A DNA stretch of 64,000 nt from an uncultured bacterium (GTDB taxonomy: Bacteria > Nitrospirota > JACRHL01). Under the pieces are notes generated by a model, which did not search any database, was not told where the DNA came from, and was given only the letters and a program-made list of their open reading frames with translations. The position numbers and the translations under genes are program-made. Shown piece by piece: positions 10,070 through 19,635 of the stretch (position 1 is the first letter of the stretch; each line of letters opens with the position of its first letter). Location of the stretch: assembly GCA_965371175.1 (NCBI GenBank), contig CBDUXI010000003.1, positions 20,493-84,492 on the forward strand, in the 5' to 3' direction.

Positions 10070-10546
10070 ATGAGCCGATTGCAGCGTGTCATCACCCAGT
10101 GGAACAAACTGAAGCAGGGGGAGCGGGTTCTTTTTTTTATGGTGGGGGTGTTGTTGGTGTTCGGCTTTGTGTTCTGGCTGCTGGCCATTACCCACGTGAC
10201 CGACATCATGCGGGTGCGGGACATTTATGAGGAGAGCCCCGAGGCCGACGAAGGGTACGAAATGGTCCGCTCCCACGGCTGCCGCAACTGTCATCAGGTC
10301 ATGAAAATAGGCGAGTGGGGCCTGGCTCCGGGGCTGGATGGCGAGGGCACCCGGCGCACTTATACCTGGATTCGTGCCTATCTGGAAGACCCCATGCGGC
10401 AGATGCAGGGCAGAAGCCTGCACGACGGCAACTACGCCACCGATTTTTCCGAACTGTCGGCCCATGAAAAGAACCGGATGACCACCTTCCTGTTTGCCCT
10501 GAAGGCCATGCCCGGCTCCGCCAACTACGGCTCGCCGCCGGAGTAG
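10070..10546 (+). CDS. Membrane-anchored monohaem cytochrome c
   Basis: N-terminal TM helix and one CxxCH haem-binding motif (CRNCH). Confidence 0.6.
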   Translation: MSRLQRVITQWNKLKQGERVLFFMVGVLLVFGFVFWLLAITHVTDIMRVRDIYEESPEADEGYEMVRSHGCRNCHQVMKIGEWGLAPGLDGEGTRRTYTWIRAYLEDPMRQMQGRSLHDGNYATDFSELSAHEKNRMTTFLFALKAMPGSANYGSPPE

Positions 10547-10636
10547 ATGGCTGCCGCTGTGAGTGCGGGCGTTGACCCCGGCGGGGGGGGGCGGATAGGC
10601 TTGTTCTTTCACCCGTTCTTATAAAGGTTGTCGTCG

Positions 10637-10879
10637 ATGCAGATTGTCGTAAACGGTGCCGCCCGCAAGGTGGCCGCAGACAGCACGGTGGCCTCACTGC
10701 TTGCCGAGCTTGAAATCCGCCCGGAAATGGTGGCGGTGGAGCACAACCGGGACATTCTGGGCCGGGAAAAATTTGCCGAGGCCCGACTGGGCGATGGCGA
10801 CACCATCGAGATTATTCAATTCGTGGGCGGCGGTGCTGCCTGCACGTATGTAAAGCAAGGAGTTCGGTTCCATGGCTGA
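10637..10879 (+). CDS. thiS: Sulfur-carrier protein ThiS with a 14-residue extension beyond the Gly-Gly terminus
   Basis: MQIVVNG...[13 protein letters not shown] follows the ThiS pattern, but the ORF continues [14 protein letters not shown] before the stop. Immediately upstream of thiG. Confidence 0.65.
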   Translation: MQIVVNGAARKVAADSTVASLLAELEIRPEMVAVEHNRDILGREKFAEARLGDGDTIEIIQFVGGGAACTYVKQGVRFHG

Positions 10880-11651
10880 CGAACTGGTTATTGGCGGCAT
10901 TACTTTCCGCTCCCGCCTGTGGGTGGGCACCGGCAAATACCGGGATTTCGATGAGACCCGTGAGGCCATCGAAGCCTCCGGTGCCGATGTGGTGACCGTG
11001 GCGGTACGGCGGGTGAACGTGACTGATCCGAACCAGGAAAACCTGCTGGATTACCTGGATCCTAAGGTATACAAAATTCTGCCCAACACCGCTGGCTGTT
11101 ACACGGCGGAAGAGGCCATTCGCACCGCCAGACTGGCCCGCGCCGCCGGCGTGTCCGACATGGTGAAGCTGGAGGTGATTGGCGACGAAAAAACCTTGTT
11201 CCCGGATAACGAAGCCACTCTGGAAGCGGCGGAAGTGCTGGTCAAGGAAGGGTTCATCGTGTTGCCGTACATGACGGACGATCCGATCATGGCCAGAAAG
11301 TTTGAGGATGTGGGCTGCGCCGCCGTCATGCCGCTGGCCGCGCCCATTGGTTCGGGGCTGGGTGTCTGCAACCCGTACACGATTGAAATCATCAAGCGCC
11401 ATGCAAATGTGCCGGTGATTGTGGATGCGGGGGTGGGTACCGCTTCCGACGTGGCCGTGGCCATGGAGCTGGGGGTGGATGCGGTGTTGCTCAATACCGC
11501 TATTGCCGGGGCCAAAGATCCCATTCGCATGGCCCGCGCCATGCGCCATGGGGTGATGGCAGGCCGGGAGGCGTATCTTGCCGGGCGTATCGAAAAAAAG
11601 CTGTACGCCACCGCCAGTTCGCCCCTGAAAGGTATGATTGCCTCCGCCTGA
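10872..11651 (+). CDS. thiG: Thiazole synthase
   Basis: [21 protein letters not shown]. Full-length match to ThiG. Confidence 0.9.
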   Translation: MADELVIGGITFRSRLWVGTGKYRDFDETREAIEASGADVVTVAVRRVNVTDPNQENLLDYLDPKVYKILPNTAGCYTAEEAIRTARLARAAGVSDMVKLEVIGDEKTLFPDNEATLEAAEVLVKEGFIVLPYMTDDPIMARKFEDVGCAAVMPLAAPIGSGLGVCNPYTIEIIKRHANVPVIVDAGVGTASDVAVAMELGVDAVLLNTAIAGAKDPIRMARAMRHGVMAGREAYLAGRIEKKLYATASSPLKGMIASA

Positions 11652-12318
11652 CAGGCAAGTCATACGCTCCCTCGTGAAGGATAGCGCCACACAACTGTCC
11701 CCCCTGTATCTGATTACCGACCGCGCTCAGGTGCCCGGAGGCGACCTGAACGGCTGCCTTGCCGCGGCGCTGGCCGCTGGGGTGCGGCTGGTGCAACTAC
11801 GCGAAAAAGACCTGTCTGTGCGCGATCTACTGGCGCTGGCTAAGGCAGTGCGTGCCCTCACCCAAAAATTTGGCGCAAAATTGCTGATCAACAGCCGTGC
11901 CGATGTGGCGCTTGCCGTGGGTGCCGACGGGGTGCACCTGCCCAGTCACAATCCGCCGGTGGACGACATGCGAAAAATGCTGGGCGAGCACGCCCTGATC
12001 GGCGTGTCCACCCATAGCGCTTTCGAGGTGGAGGCGGCCCAAACCTCCGGGGCCGATTTCGTGACGTTCGGCCCGATATTCGATACGCCCTCCAAACGGG
12101 GCATGGGCAGCCCCACCGGAGTGGATGCGCTAAAAAAAGTGGTTGGGCACACCGTGCCGGTATTTGCCCTGGGCGGTATCCACCTGCCCCAGCTGCCTGC
12201 GGTGATGGACAGCGGCTGCCACGGGGTGGCGATGATTTCGGAATTGATGGCTGCCGCCAACCCGGAACAGGCTGCCCGCGCCCTTGTGGCGGCCATCGGT
12301 TCGGGCGAAAATTTGTAA
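11638..12318 (+). CDS. thiE: Thiamine-phosphate synthase
   Basis: LYLITDR plus TIM-barrel TMP-synthase motifs (GADGVHL, GVSTHS, FGPIF). Start overlaps the end of thiG. Confidence 0.8.
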   Translation: MPPPDRQVIRSLVKDSATQLSPLYLITDRAQVPGGDLNGCLAAALAAGVRLVQLREKDLSVRDLLALAKAVRALTQKFGAKLLINSRADVALAVGADGVHLPSHNPPVDDMRKMLGEHALIGVSTHSAFEVEAAQTSGADFVTFGPIFDTPSKRGMGSPTGVDALKKVVGHTVPVFALGGIHLPQLPAVMDSGCHGVAMISELMAAANPEQAARALVAAIGSGENL

Positions 12319-12456
12319 CTGCATGAAAAATAACAAATTACCAATCTGAGGCCATTTGACCGATTTCCAACTGCCTCGTATGCTTGAATCTGGTGGTGGT
12401 ATCACCGATAAGAGATATGGGGAGTGGTTTTTCCGCTTGGGGTGGGAGGAGGTTTG

Positions 12457-14199
12457 ATGGCCAATTCACGACCCGGAAAAGGTGGCGCAGGCAGCGAGCA
12501 CACCGTCAGGGACAGCGGTGCCAAGGGCGGCGCGGTCGATTACGAGCGGGAAATCCAGAAGCTGCGGCTTCAGTTGCAGTCCATGGAGTCGGAACTCAGG
12601 CACCTGTTCCCGGTGCGTAACCAGCTCGATCAGGCCTACACCCAGAATCAGAAGCTCGCCAGCGTACTGGAGGAATCCCGCGCCCGGATCGAGGCGTTGC
12701 GGGAAGAGGTGGAAAAGCTCTCCCTGCCCCCCAATCCGTACGGATTTTTCTCCTCCATCAACGACGACGACGGCACCATCAACATCTATGTGTCGGGTCG
12801 CAAGATGAAGGTGCACGTGCACCCGGAAATTGATGTGAACAGCATGCAGCTGGGTCAGGAACTGGTGCTCAACGAGGCGTTTAACGTGGTGGAGGTCAAA
12901 GGCTTCCAGGTGCAGGGCGAGGTGGTGTACGTCAAGGAAGTGCTGGACGACGACCGGGCCATTGTTTCCTTGCGCGCAGATGAAGAGCGGGTGGTGCGCT
13001 TTAGCGAGCGGCTCAAAGCCGAGCACCTGCGGGTGGGCGACCATGTGCTGCTGGACACCCGCTCCGGCTATCTGCTGGAAAAGCTGCCCAAGTGCGAGGC
13101 CGAAGAACTGGTCATCGAGGAAGTGCCCGACGTGGATTACACCCGCATCGGCGGGCTGCGGGATCAGATCGAAGAGATCAAGGACGCGGTGGAGTTGCCG
13201 TTTTTGCACCCGGAACTGTTTCGCGAACATAAGCTTTTGCCCCCCAAGGGGATTTTGCTGTACGGCCCTCCGGGGTGCGGCAAGACCCTGATCGCAAAGG
13301 CTGTGGCCAACGCCATCGCCCAGAAGGTGAGCTCCCAGCCGGATAAGGAGCGGCGCAGCTTCTTCTTGCACATCAAGGGGCCGGAACTGCTGAACAAATA
13401 TGTGGGCGAGTCGGAACGCAAGATCCGCGAGATTTTCCAGAAGGCCAAGGAAAAAGCCGACCGGGGCGTGCCGGTGATCATCTTCTTTGACGAGATGGAC
13501 TCCCTGTTCCGTACCCGTGGTGCGGGTATTTCCTCGGACATGGAATCGACCATCGTGCCCCAGTTTCTGGCCGAAATCGACGGGGTGGAGCGCCTGCGCA
13601 ACGTGATTGTCATTGGTGCCACCAATCGGCAGGATTTGATCGACCCGGCTGTGCTGCGCCCCGGACGGCTGGATATCAAAATCCGGGTGGACCGTCCGGA
13701 CCGGGACGGCGCACGGGATATTTTTCTGAAATATCTCACCACCGATCTGCCGATTCACGCGGGTGCCCGGATCAAAAAAGGGGAAAAACCGGAAAGTGTG
13801 GTGGCCCGCATGATCGATCAGGTGGTGGACGACATGTATGCCGATACCGAGGAAAACGAGTTTCTGGAGGTGACCTACGCCAACGGCGAGCGGGAAGTTT
13901 GCTACTTTAAGGATTTTGCCTCCGGCGCGATGATCGAAGGCATTGTGGCCCGAGCCAAAAAATACGCCATCAAGCGCGCCATCGAAACCGGCGAAAAAGG
14001 GATCAAGGTGGACGATCTGCTCGCGGCCATGCGGCAGGAGTATCGGGAAAACGAGGACCTACCCAACAACACCAACCCGGACGACTGGGCCAAGATTGCC
14101 GGTAAAAAGGGCGAGCGGATCGTCAACATCCGCACCATTATCGACCACGCTCAGAACGGCAAGGAAATCACCCCCGTCTCGGCCGGGCACTACCTCTAG
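12457..14199 (+). CDS. mpa: Proteasome-associated AAA+ ATPase (ARC/Mpa)
   Basis: N-terminal coiled coil, an inter-domain region, one AAA module ([15 protein letters not shown]), and a C-terminus ...GHYL comparable to the actinobacterial GQYL. Start at 12457 has GGAGG at -11. Confidence 0.88.
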   Translation: MANSRPGKGGAGSEHTVRDSGAKGGAVDYEREIQKLRLQLQSMESELRHLFPVRNQLDQAYTQNQKLASVLEESRARIEALREEVEKLSLPPNPYGFFSSINDDDGTINIYVSGRKMKVHVHPEIDVNSMQLGQELVLNEAFNVVEVKGFQVQGEVVYVKEVLDDDRAIVSLRADEERVVRFSERLKAEHLRVGDHVLLDTRSGYLLEKLPKCEAEELVIEEVPDVDYTRIGGLRDQIEEIKDAVELPFLHPELFREHKLLPPKGILLYGPPGCGKTLIAKAVANAIAQKVSSQPDKERRSFFLHIKGPELLNKYVGESERKIREIFQKAKEKADRGVPVIIFFDEMDSLFRTRGAGISSDMESTIVPQFLAEIDGVERLRNVIVIGATNRQDLIDPAVLRPGRLDIKIRVDRPDRDGARDIFLKYLTTDLPIHAGARIKKGEKPESVVARMIDQVVDDMYADTEENEFLEVTYANGEREVCYFKDFASGAMIEGIVARAKKYAIKRAIETGEKGIKVDDLLAAMRQEYRENEDLPNNTNPDDWAKIAGKKGERIVNIRTIIDHAQNGKEITPVSAGHYL

Positions 14200-14233
14200 G
14201 GTTGCCGCCCTAAGGCGCGTGGAAATTTAGATC

Positions 14234-15718
14234 ATGTCTGTTCGCCCCTTTTTTTTTGGCAGTGAAACCGAGTTCGGTATTTCCTGTCTGGACCCGCGCG
14301 AACAGAATCACATTACCAATTCATTGAGGCTGGTCAGCTTTCTGCCCAACCCGGCATCTCCCGATTGCCTGTGGGATTACGAGGGGGAAAACCCTCTCCT
14401 TGATCTGTTCGGCAACCGCATGGACGGGGAGCGGGAAGACCCGGACCCGTATGCCAACCGGTCCCTCAACAAACCGCTGGCCAACGGCGGGCGGCTGTAT
14501 GTGGACGGGGCGCACCCGGAATATTCATCCCCCGAGGTGACCGATCCGCTGGATCTGGTGCGCTACGAGAGCGCAGGCGAGCAGATTGCCGATGCCTGCC
14601 GCAAAAACGCCGACCGGGCGCTGGGGCAGGCCCATTTCTGCCTGCACAAGAACAACTCGGACGGCAAGGGCAACAGCTACGGCTATCACGAAAATTACCT
14701 GGTCCCCAAATCCGTGTCGGTACACGCTCTGATGGAGGCGATCATTCCGTTCTTGATTACCCGCCAGATATTCTGCGGCGCAGGCAAGGTGGGCACCGAG
14801 AACGGGCGGGAAAAAACCCACTATCAACTCTCGCAGCGGGCCGACTTTTTTGAAACCCTGGCCGAACTCAACACCATGGTTAGAAGGCCGTTGTTCAACA
14901 CCCGCAACGAACCCCACGCCGATCCCAAAGAATGGCTGCGCCTGCACGTGATTCCGGCGGATTCCAACATGAGCCAGGTGTCCACCTTCCTGAAAGTGGG
15001 TACCCTGGCCCTGGTGCTGCGTCTGGTGGAAGAAGGGGCGCTGGAAAATGTGCCCCGGATCAAAAAACCGGTGGCGTCGTTCGGGGCGATTTCGCACGAT
15101 CTGACCATCAAAAAACCGGTGGCGATGGACAACGCCGCCCCCATGACCGCAGTGGAGATTCAGCGAATTTATCTGGAGGCGGCAAAAAAATATGCGGACC
15201 AGAATCCGCTGCCCGGCAGCTTTCCGCAAGTGCTTGTGCGCTGGGAGGAATCACTGGATGCTCTGGAGGTCGATCCGTTCGGGCTGTCCCGCACGGCCGA
15301 CTGGGCCATCAAATACCGCATGATTGATACTTATCTGGCGGCGAAAGGGCTGGACTGGAGCGCAGCGCAGGCCAAGGCCATGGACCTTCAGTATCACGAC
15401 ATCAATCCCGAAAAGGGGTTGTACCACACCGTGCGTGCGCGGGGTATGGTGGAGGAACTGGTGACACAGGAGGAAATTTCCGCCGCCATGAGTACGCCGC
15501 CGGAAGATACCCGGGCATGGTTCCGGGGGACGTGTCTTGCCCGGTTTGGCAAAGCGGTTTACGGTGTTAGCTGGGGGTCGGTGCTATTGCATACGGGGGA
15601 GAAGGTGAGTCGCATCCCCACCCTGAACCCGTTTCGGGGGACCAAGGCCATCGCCGGACCTCTTTTGGACAGTTGCTCCACACCGGAGGAACTGATCGAT
15701 AAACTGGAGCAGGGATGA
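14234..15718 (+). CDS. dop: Pup deamidase/depupylase Dop (glutamine-synthetase-like PafA/Dop family)
   Basis: 494 aa. GSETEFG N-terminal motif of the PafA/Dop family. Longer than the downstream paralogue, consistent with the Dop-loop insertion. Position between mpa and pup matches actinobacterial synteny. Confidence 0.75.
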   Translation: MSVRPFFFGSETEFGISCLDPREQNHITNSLRLVSFLPNPASPDCLWDYEGENPLLDLFGNRMDGEREDPDPYANRSLNKPLANGGRLYVDGAHPEYSSPEVTDPLDLVRYESAGEQIADACRKNADRALGQAHFCLHKNNSDGKGNSYGYHENYLVPKSVSVHALMEAIIPFLITRQIFCGAGKVGTENGREKTHYQLSQRADFFETLAELNTMVRRPLFNTRNEPHADPKEWLRLHVIPADSNMSQVSTFLKVGTLALVLRLVEEGALENVPRIKKPVASFGAISHDLTIKKPVAMDNAAPMTAVEIQRIYLEAAKKYADQNPLPGSFPQVLVRWEESLDALEVDPFGLSRTADWAIKYRMIDTYLAAKGLDWSAAQAKAMDLQYHDINPEKGLYHTVRARGMVEELVTQEEISAAMSTPPEDTRAWFRGTCLARFGKAVYGVSWGSVLLHTGEKVSRIPTLNPFRGTKAIAGPLLDSCSTPEELIDKLEQG

Positions 15719-15734
15719 ACAGAGCAGGTAGTCA

Positions 15735-15929
15735 ATGAGCCAGAAGAAAAAAACATCCAGCAAACCGCAGGAAAAAGAGACAGATAAAGAGAGCGCCAAG
15801 GCCTCCGTCACCGAAAAGGGGGAGGAACTTGCCGAGGACATGGACAAACTCATCGATGAGATTGATGATGTGCTCGAAAAGAACGCCGAAGAGTTTGTCA
15901 AAAACTATGTGCAGAAGGGGGGCCAGTGA
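15735..15929 (+). CDS. pup: Prokaryotic ubiquitin-like protein Pup
   Basis: 64 aa, highly acidic and low-complexity. C-terminus ...EEFVKNYVQKGGQ matches the Pup consensus. The stop overlaps the prcB GTG start. Confidence 0.85.
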   Translation: MSQKKKTSSKPQEKETDKESAKASVTEKGEELAEDMDKLIDEIDDVLEKNAEEFVKNYVQKGGQ

Positions 15930-16711
15930 GCCACAACCCGTTCGGTCCCGCACTCGGTTCCAGCTTTTACGATTATCTGGTCGCGGAGCGCCCCGACCTG
16001 CTGCCGATGGCGCGGGTCAGCGCAGGGGATACCGGCACCCTGCCGGTAAACCACGGCACCACGGTGCTGGCCATGACCTATGCCGACGGGGTGGTCGTGG
16101 CCGGTGATCGCATGGCCTCGGACGGCATGTCGGTTTCCAGCCGCCGCATGGACAAGGTGATTGCCGTCGATAATTATTCGGCGGTGGCCATTTCCGGCGC
16201 TGTGGGTCCATGCCTCGAAATGGCCAAGCTGTTTCTGACCGAGCTGGAATATTACGAAAAAATCGAGGGCCGGTCTCTATCTCTGGCGGGCAAGGCCAAC
16301 AAACTGGGGCAGATGGTGCGCGGCAACCTGCCACTGGCCATGCAGGGGCTGGCGGTGATCCCCCTGTTTGCCGGATACGACCTGGAGCGTACCTGCGGCC
16401 GGGTGTTCAAATACGATGCGGCGGGTGGCCGCAACGAAGAGCCGGATTTTGTCACCACCGGCTCCGGTGGCGGACACGCACGGGGGGCGCTCAAAAAAAG
16501 TTTTCAGGAACAGTTGTCCGAGGCGGATGCCGTCAAGGTGGCGCTGGACGCCCTGTTTGACGCGGCGGAAGAAGATCTGGCCACGGCAGGCCCCGATCCG
16601 ATCCGGGGGATTTATCCTTCGGTGCTGGTCATCGACCGGGACGGTATCCGTAACTTGCCCGATGATGACGTGGCGGCCCACTTTCAGGGCGGCCCCAAGG
16701 GGAAACGGTAG
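15926..16711 (+). CDS. prcB: 20S proteasome beta subunit with propeptide
   Basis: Propeptide followed by HG|TTVLAMTY, placing the catalytic Thr1 after autoprocessing. Ntn-hydrolase fold. Confidence 0.88.
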   Translation: MSHNPFGPALGSSFYDYLVAERPDLLPMARVSAGDTGTLPVNHGTTVLAMTYADGVVVAGDRMASDGMSVSSRRMDKVIAVDNYSAVAISGAVGPCLEMAKLFLTELEYYEKIEGRSLSLAGKANKLGQMVRGNLPLAMQGLAVIPLFAGYDLERTCGRVFKYDAAGGRNEEPDFVTTGSGGGHARGALKKSFQEQLSEADAVKVALDALFDAAEEDLATAGPDPIRGIYPSVLVIDRDGIRNLPDDDVAAHFQGGPKGKR

Positions 16712-16713
16712 CC

Positions 16714-17397
16714 ATGTCTGCACCGTACTACGTCTCTCCCGAACAGCTCATGCGCGACAAGGCGGAGTTCGCCAAGGCGGGCATTGCCCGCGGGCGCGCC
16801 ATCGTGGTCATGCGGACGCAGGAGGGCGTCCTGTTTGTGGCCCACAATCCGGGGGTGTCCCTGTACAAGATATCGGAAGTCTACGACCGCATCGGCTTTG
16901 CCGGAGCGGGCAGGTACAGCGAGTTTGAGGCATTAAGGAAAGCCGGGGTGCGCCATGCGGATGTGACCGGCTACAGCTATAGCCGGGAGGACGTGACGGC
17001 CAAATCGCTGGCCAACGGCTATTCCCAGATGCTGGGGGATGCTTTCGCCCGGGAAATAAAGCCCATGGAAGTGGAGCTTGTGGTGGCCGAAGTGTCCGCA
17101 GCCCCTGAAGATGATGAGATCTATCGCATCTCCTTCGACGGTTCCATCTCCGGTGAGGGCCACTTCAGCGTGGTGGGCGGGGATGCCGACCGGGTGCTGG
17201 GGGCACTGTCCAAACAACACAGCCAAGTGGCAGAGATGGGGCCGTCCCTGATCCAGTGCAAAACCGCACTGGAGGCCGGGGGGGAAGATAACCTGACCGC
17301 CGCAGACCTGGAGGTGGGACTGATTGAACGGGGCCGGGCTGGCCGCGCCTTCCGCAGGCTCGATAGCGCAGAGGTTATCGCTCTGCTTTCGGGGTAA
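16714..17397 (+). CDS. prcA: 20S proteasome alpha subunit
   Basis: 227 aa. Proteasome alpha-type sequence (YVSPEQLMRDKAEFA...). Immediately follows prcB. Confidence 0.85.
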   Translation: MSAPYYVSPEQLMRDKAEFAKAGIARGRAIVVMRTQEGVLFVAHNPGVSLYKISEVYDRIGFAGAGRYSEFEALRKAGVRHADVTGYSYSREDVTAKSLANGYSQMLGDAFAREIKPMEVELVVAEVSAAPEDDEIYRISFDGSISGEGHFSVVGGDADRVLGALSKQHSQVAEMGPSLIQCKTALEAGGEDNLTAADLEVGLIERGRAGRAFRRLDSAEVIALLSG

Positions 17398-17402
17398 CCG
17401 CC

Positions 17403-18776
17403 GTGCGCCGCCGAATTCTGGGATTGGAAACGGAATTTGGCCTGACTTTTTTCCCCAGCGGAAAATCGTACCTGCCGATGGAAAAAGTCATCGGCTATCT
17501 GTTTGAAGAAGTCATCCCCACCGGCTGGCCGTCCAATGCCTTTCTGGTCAACGGCGCCCGGTTTTATCAGGACACCGGCTGCCATCCGGAATATGCCACC
17601 CCGGAGTGCGCCACGGTCAAGAGCGTGGTGGCCCACGACAAGGCGGGAGAGCGGCTGCTGGAGTCGCGTCTGGCTCCGGCCCAGGCCCGGCTGGCCGAAG
17701 AGGGGTTTGTGGGCACCCTGTACGCCTATAAAAACAACACCGATACCATGGGCAACACCTACGGCTGCCACGAAAATTATCTGGTGGACCGCAAGCTCGA
17801 TTTCTGGCGGCTGGCGGAGCATATGATTCCGTATTTTGTCACCCGCCAGATGTATACCGGCGCGGGCAAGGTATACAAGGCGGCGGGCCAGAGTGGCTTT
17901 GCCATTTCCCAGCGGGCCGTCCATATTCACGAGGCATCCTCCTCCTCCACCACCAGCTCGCGCAGCATCATCAACACCCGGGACGAGCCCCACGCCGACG
18001 CGGAGCGGTTCCGGCGGCTGCACATCATTGCGGGCGACTCCAACATGAGCGAGTACACCACCTACCTGAAAATGGGCATCACCAGCGTGCTGCTCACCGC
18101 CATGGAGGAGGGGGCCATGTTTCCCATCCTCACGCTGGACGATCCGGTGGATGCCCTGCGCCAGGTTTCTGTGGACCTGCGGATGAAACAGCCGCTACTG
18201 CTTGCCAGCGGCGGAAAGATGACCGCTCTGGAGATACAGTGGGCCTACCTGGAGGCGGCGGAGCGGCATTTTTCCACTTTGGAAAAAGGGGTGTTCCGCA
18301 ACCTGCTGACCCAGTGGCGGGAAGTACTGGATGCGCTGGAGACCAATCCGAAACAGCTGGCCGACCGGGTGGACTGGATCGCCAAGCGGGAGTTGATGCG
18401 CGCCTTCATGCGGCGGGACGGGTGCGACTGGTCCGACCCGCGCATTGCCATGATTGATTTGCAATACCACGATATCGACCGCAGCCGGGGGCTGTACTAC
18501 CTGCTGGAGCGGGACAAAAAAATGGTGCGGGTGGTTGCCGAGTCCGAGGTGACCCGCGCCCTTCACCACCCCCCTGCCGACACCCGCGCCCACATCCGCG
18601 GGCAGTTTATCCGCTTTGCCAAGGAGGCGGGCCGCCCGTACAGCGTGGACTGGACCTACCTGAAGCTGTCCGGTTATTTCGAGGAGACAATCCTCTGCAC
18701 CGACCCGTTTGTCAGCCGCGACCCACGGGTGGAAGAGCTGGTCACCACCGCCACCGGTGATTTGTACGATATTTAA
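17403..18776 (+). CDS. pafA: Pup--protein ligase PafA
   Basis: 457 aa. LGLETEFG motif. Paralogue of the dop product but shorter (no Dop loop). GTG start. Confidence 0.78.
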   Translation: MRRRILGLETEFGLTFFPSGKSYLPMEKVIGYLFEEVIPTGWPSNAFLVNGARFYQDTGCHPEYATPECATVKSVVAHDKAGERLLESRLAPAQARLAEEGFVGTLYAYKNNTDTMGNTYGCHENYLVDRKLDFWRLAEHMIPYFVTRQMYTGAGKVYKAAGQSGFAISQRAVHIHEASSSSTTSSRSIINTRDEPHADAERFRRLHIIAGDSNMSEYTTYLKMGITSVLLTAMEEGAMFPILTLDDPVDALRQVSVDLRMKQPLLLASGGKMTALEIQWAYLEAAERHFSTLEKGVFRNLLTQWREVLDALETNPKQLADRVDWIAKRELMRAFMRRDGCDWSDPRIAMIDLQYHDIDRSRGLYYLLERDKKMVRVVAESEVTRALHHPPADTRAHIRGQFIRFAKEAGRPYSVDWTYLKLSGYFEETILCTDPFVSRDPRVEELVTTATGDLYDI

Positions 18777-18816
18777 AAGGTCGGAAACGCCGCCTTGCCA
18801 TTTGGGTTAACCGGCC

Positions 18817-19257
18817 TTAATAAATCCCCGCGTCCCGTTGCAGCTTGCGCACATAGGCGATGATGTCCGTCATGTCGGACGTGTTCACGCCACCCACTTT
18901 GGGCATGTTGCCAAATTTCCAGTGGTGGGCCCGCACCCCGGTGGCGGCGGCCCGGTAAAAGGCCTCGTTCGGGTGGTGGTTCGGTTCGTAAATCTTGTGG
19001 ACCAGCGACGGTCCTTTATCGGAACCCGCGGCGGCACTGCCGTGGCAACGGGCGCAGTTTTTGTTAAACAGGGTTTCGCCCATTGCCACCTGCTCGTCGC
19101 CGGTTACCGGCTTGCCCTGCGCCACGCCAGGGGGCGGCGCGTCCGACTTGTTGCAGGCGGAAAGGGCGAACAGCGACCCCAGTGCCACAGCCAGAAACAG
19201 GGTCCGCCATTTTGGCCTTTGTGGTGTGTCCGGTTGATATGCCTTGTGTGCCCACAT
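18817..19257 (-). CDS. Cytochrome c lipoprotein (class I, monohaem)
   Basis: Signal peptide with lipobox LSAC. One CxxCH motif (CARCHG). Confidence 0.6.
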   Translation of the reverse strand: MWAHKAYQPDTPQRPKWRTLFLAVALGSLFALSACNKSDAPPPGVAQGKPVTGDEQVAMGETLFNKNCARCHGSAAAGSDKGPSLVHKIYEPNHHPNEAFYRAAATGVRAHHWKFGNMPKVGGVNTSDMTDIIAYVRKLQRDAGIY

Positions 19258-19297
19258 AAAATAGATTCCTCTTCCTTCTCATGGAGAATGTGTCAGC

Positions 19298-19420
19298 ATG
19301 CCCAAAGCGAAACCCCCCAAGCAACAGAAATCCGAGGCCAAAAAGGCGCTCATCATTCTGATTGTGGCCACCGCCTTCTTTGTTTTTGCCCTGGTTAACT
19401 ACTTTCGGATCGAGGGGTGA
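19298..19420 (+). CDS. Small membrane peptide (40 aa)
   Basis: Lys-rich N-terminus followed by one TM helix. Its stop overlaps the start of the next small ORF. Confidence 0.2.
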   Translation: MPKAKPPKQQKSEAKKALIILIVATAFFVFALVNYFRIEG

Positions 19421-19635
19421 AGTATCCGTTTCACACCGCCTGGCTGCTGATTTTTTTTGCGGGCATCATCGTCACGGCGATCTATGACGACGTGATCTAC
19501 CCCATGGACGACGGCCTCATCTCCATCGGCATGGTGCTGTTGTTTGTGGTGACGCTGGGCACGTTGATCTCCCGGGCCAACCGGGATGAGTTGCGCCGCA
19601 AGGCAAAGGAAAAAGCAGACAAGGAGCCGTCTTAA
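19417..19635 (+). CDS. Small membrane protein (72 aa)
   Basis: Two TM helices and a basic C-terminal tail. Confidence 0.25.
   Translation: MKYPFHTAWLLIFFAGIIVTAIYDDVIYPMDDGLISIGMVLLFVVTLGTLISRANRDELRRKAKEKADKEPS

Noticed and set aside
10812-11690. 292-aa ORF antisense to thiG
   Set aside because: Fully overlaps the strongly conserved thiG on the opposite strand. Low-complexity Gly/His-rich translation typical of high-GC antisense frames.
12466-13758. 430-aa ORF antisense to mpa
   Set aside because: Lies entirely within the recognisable AAA-ATPase gene on the other strand. No motif content. High-GC artefact.
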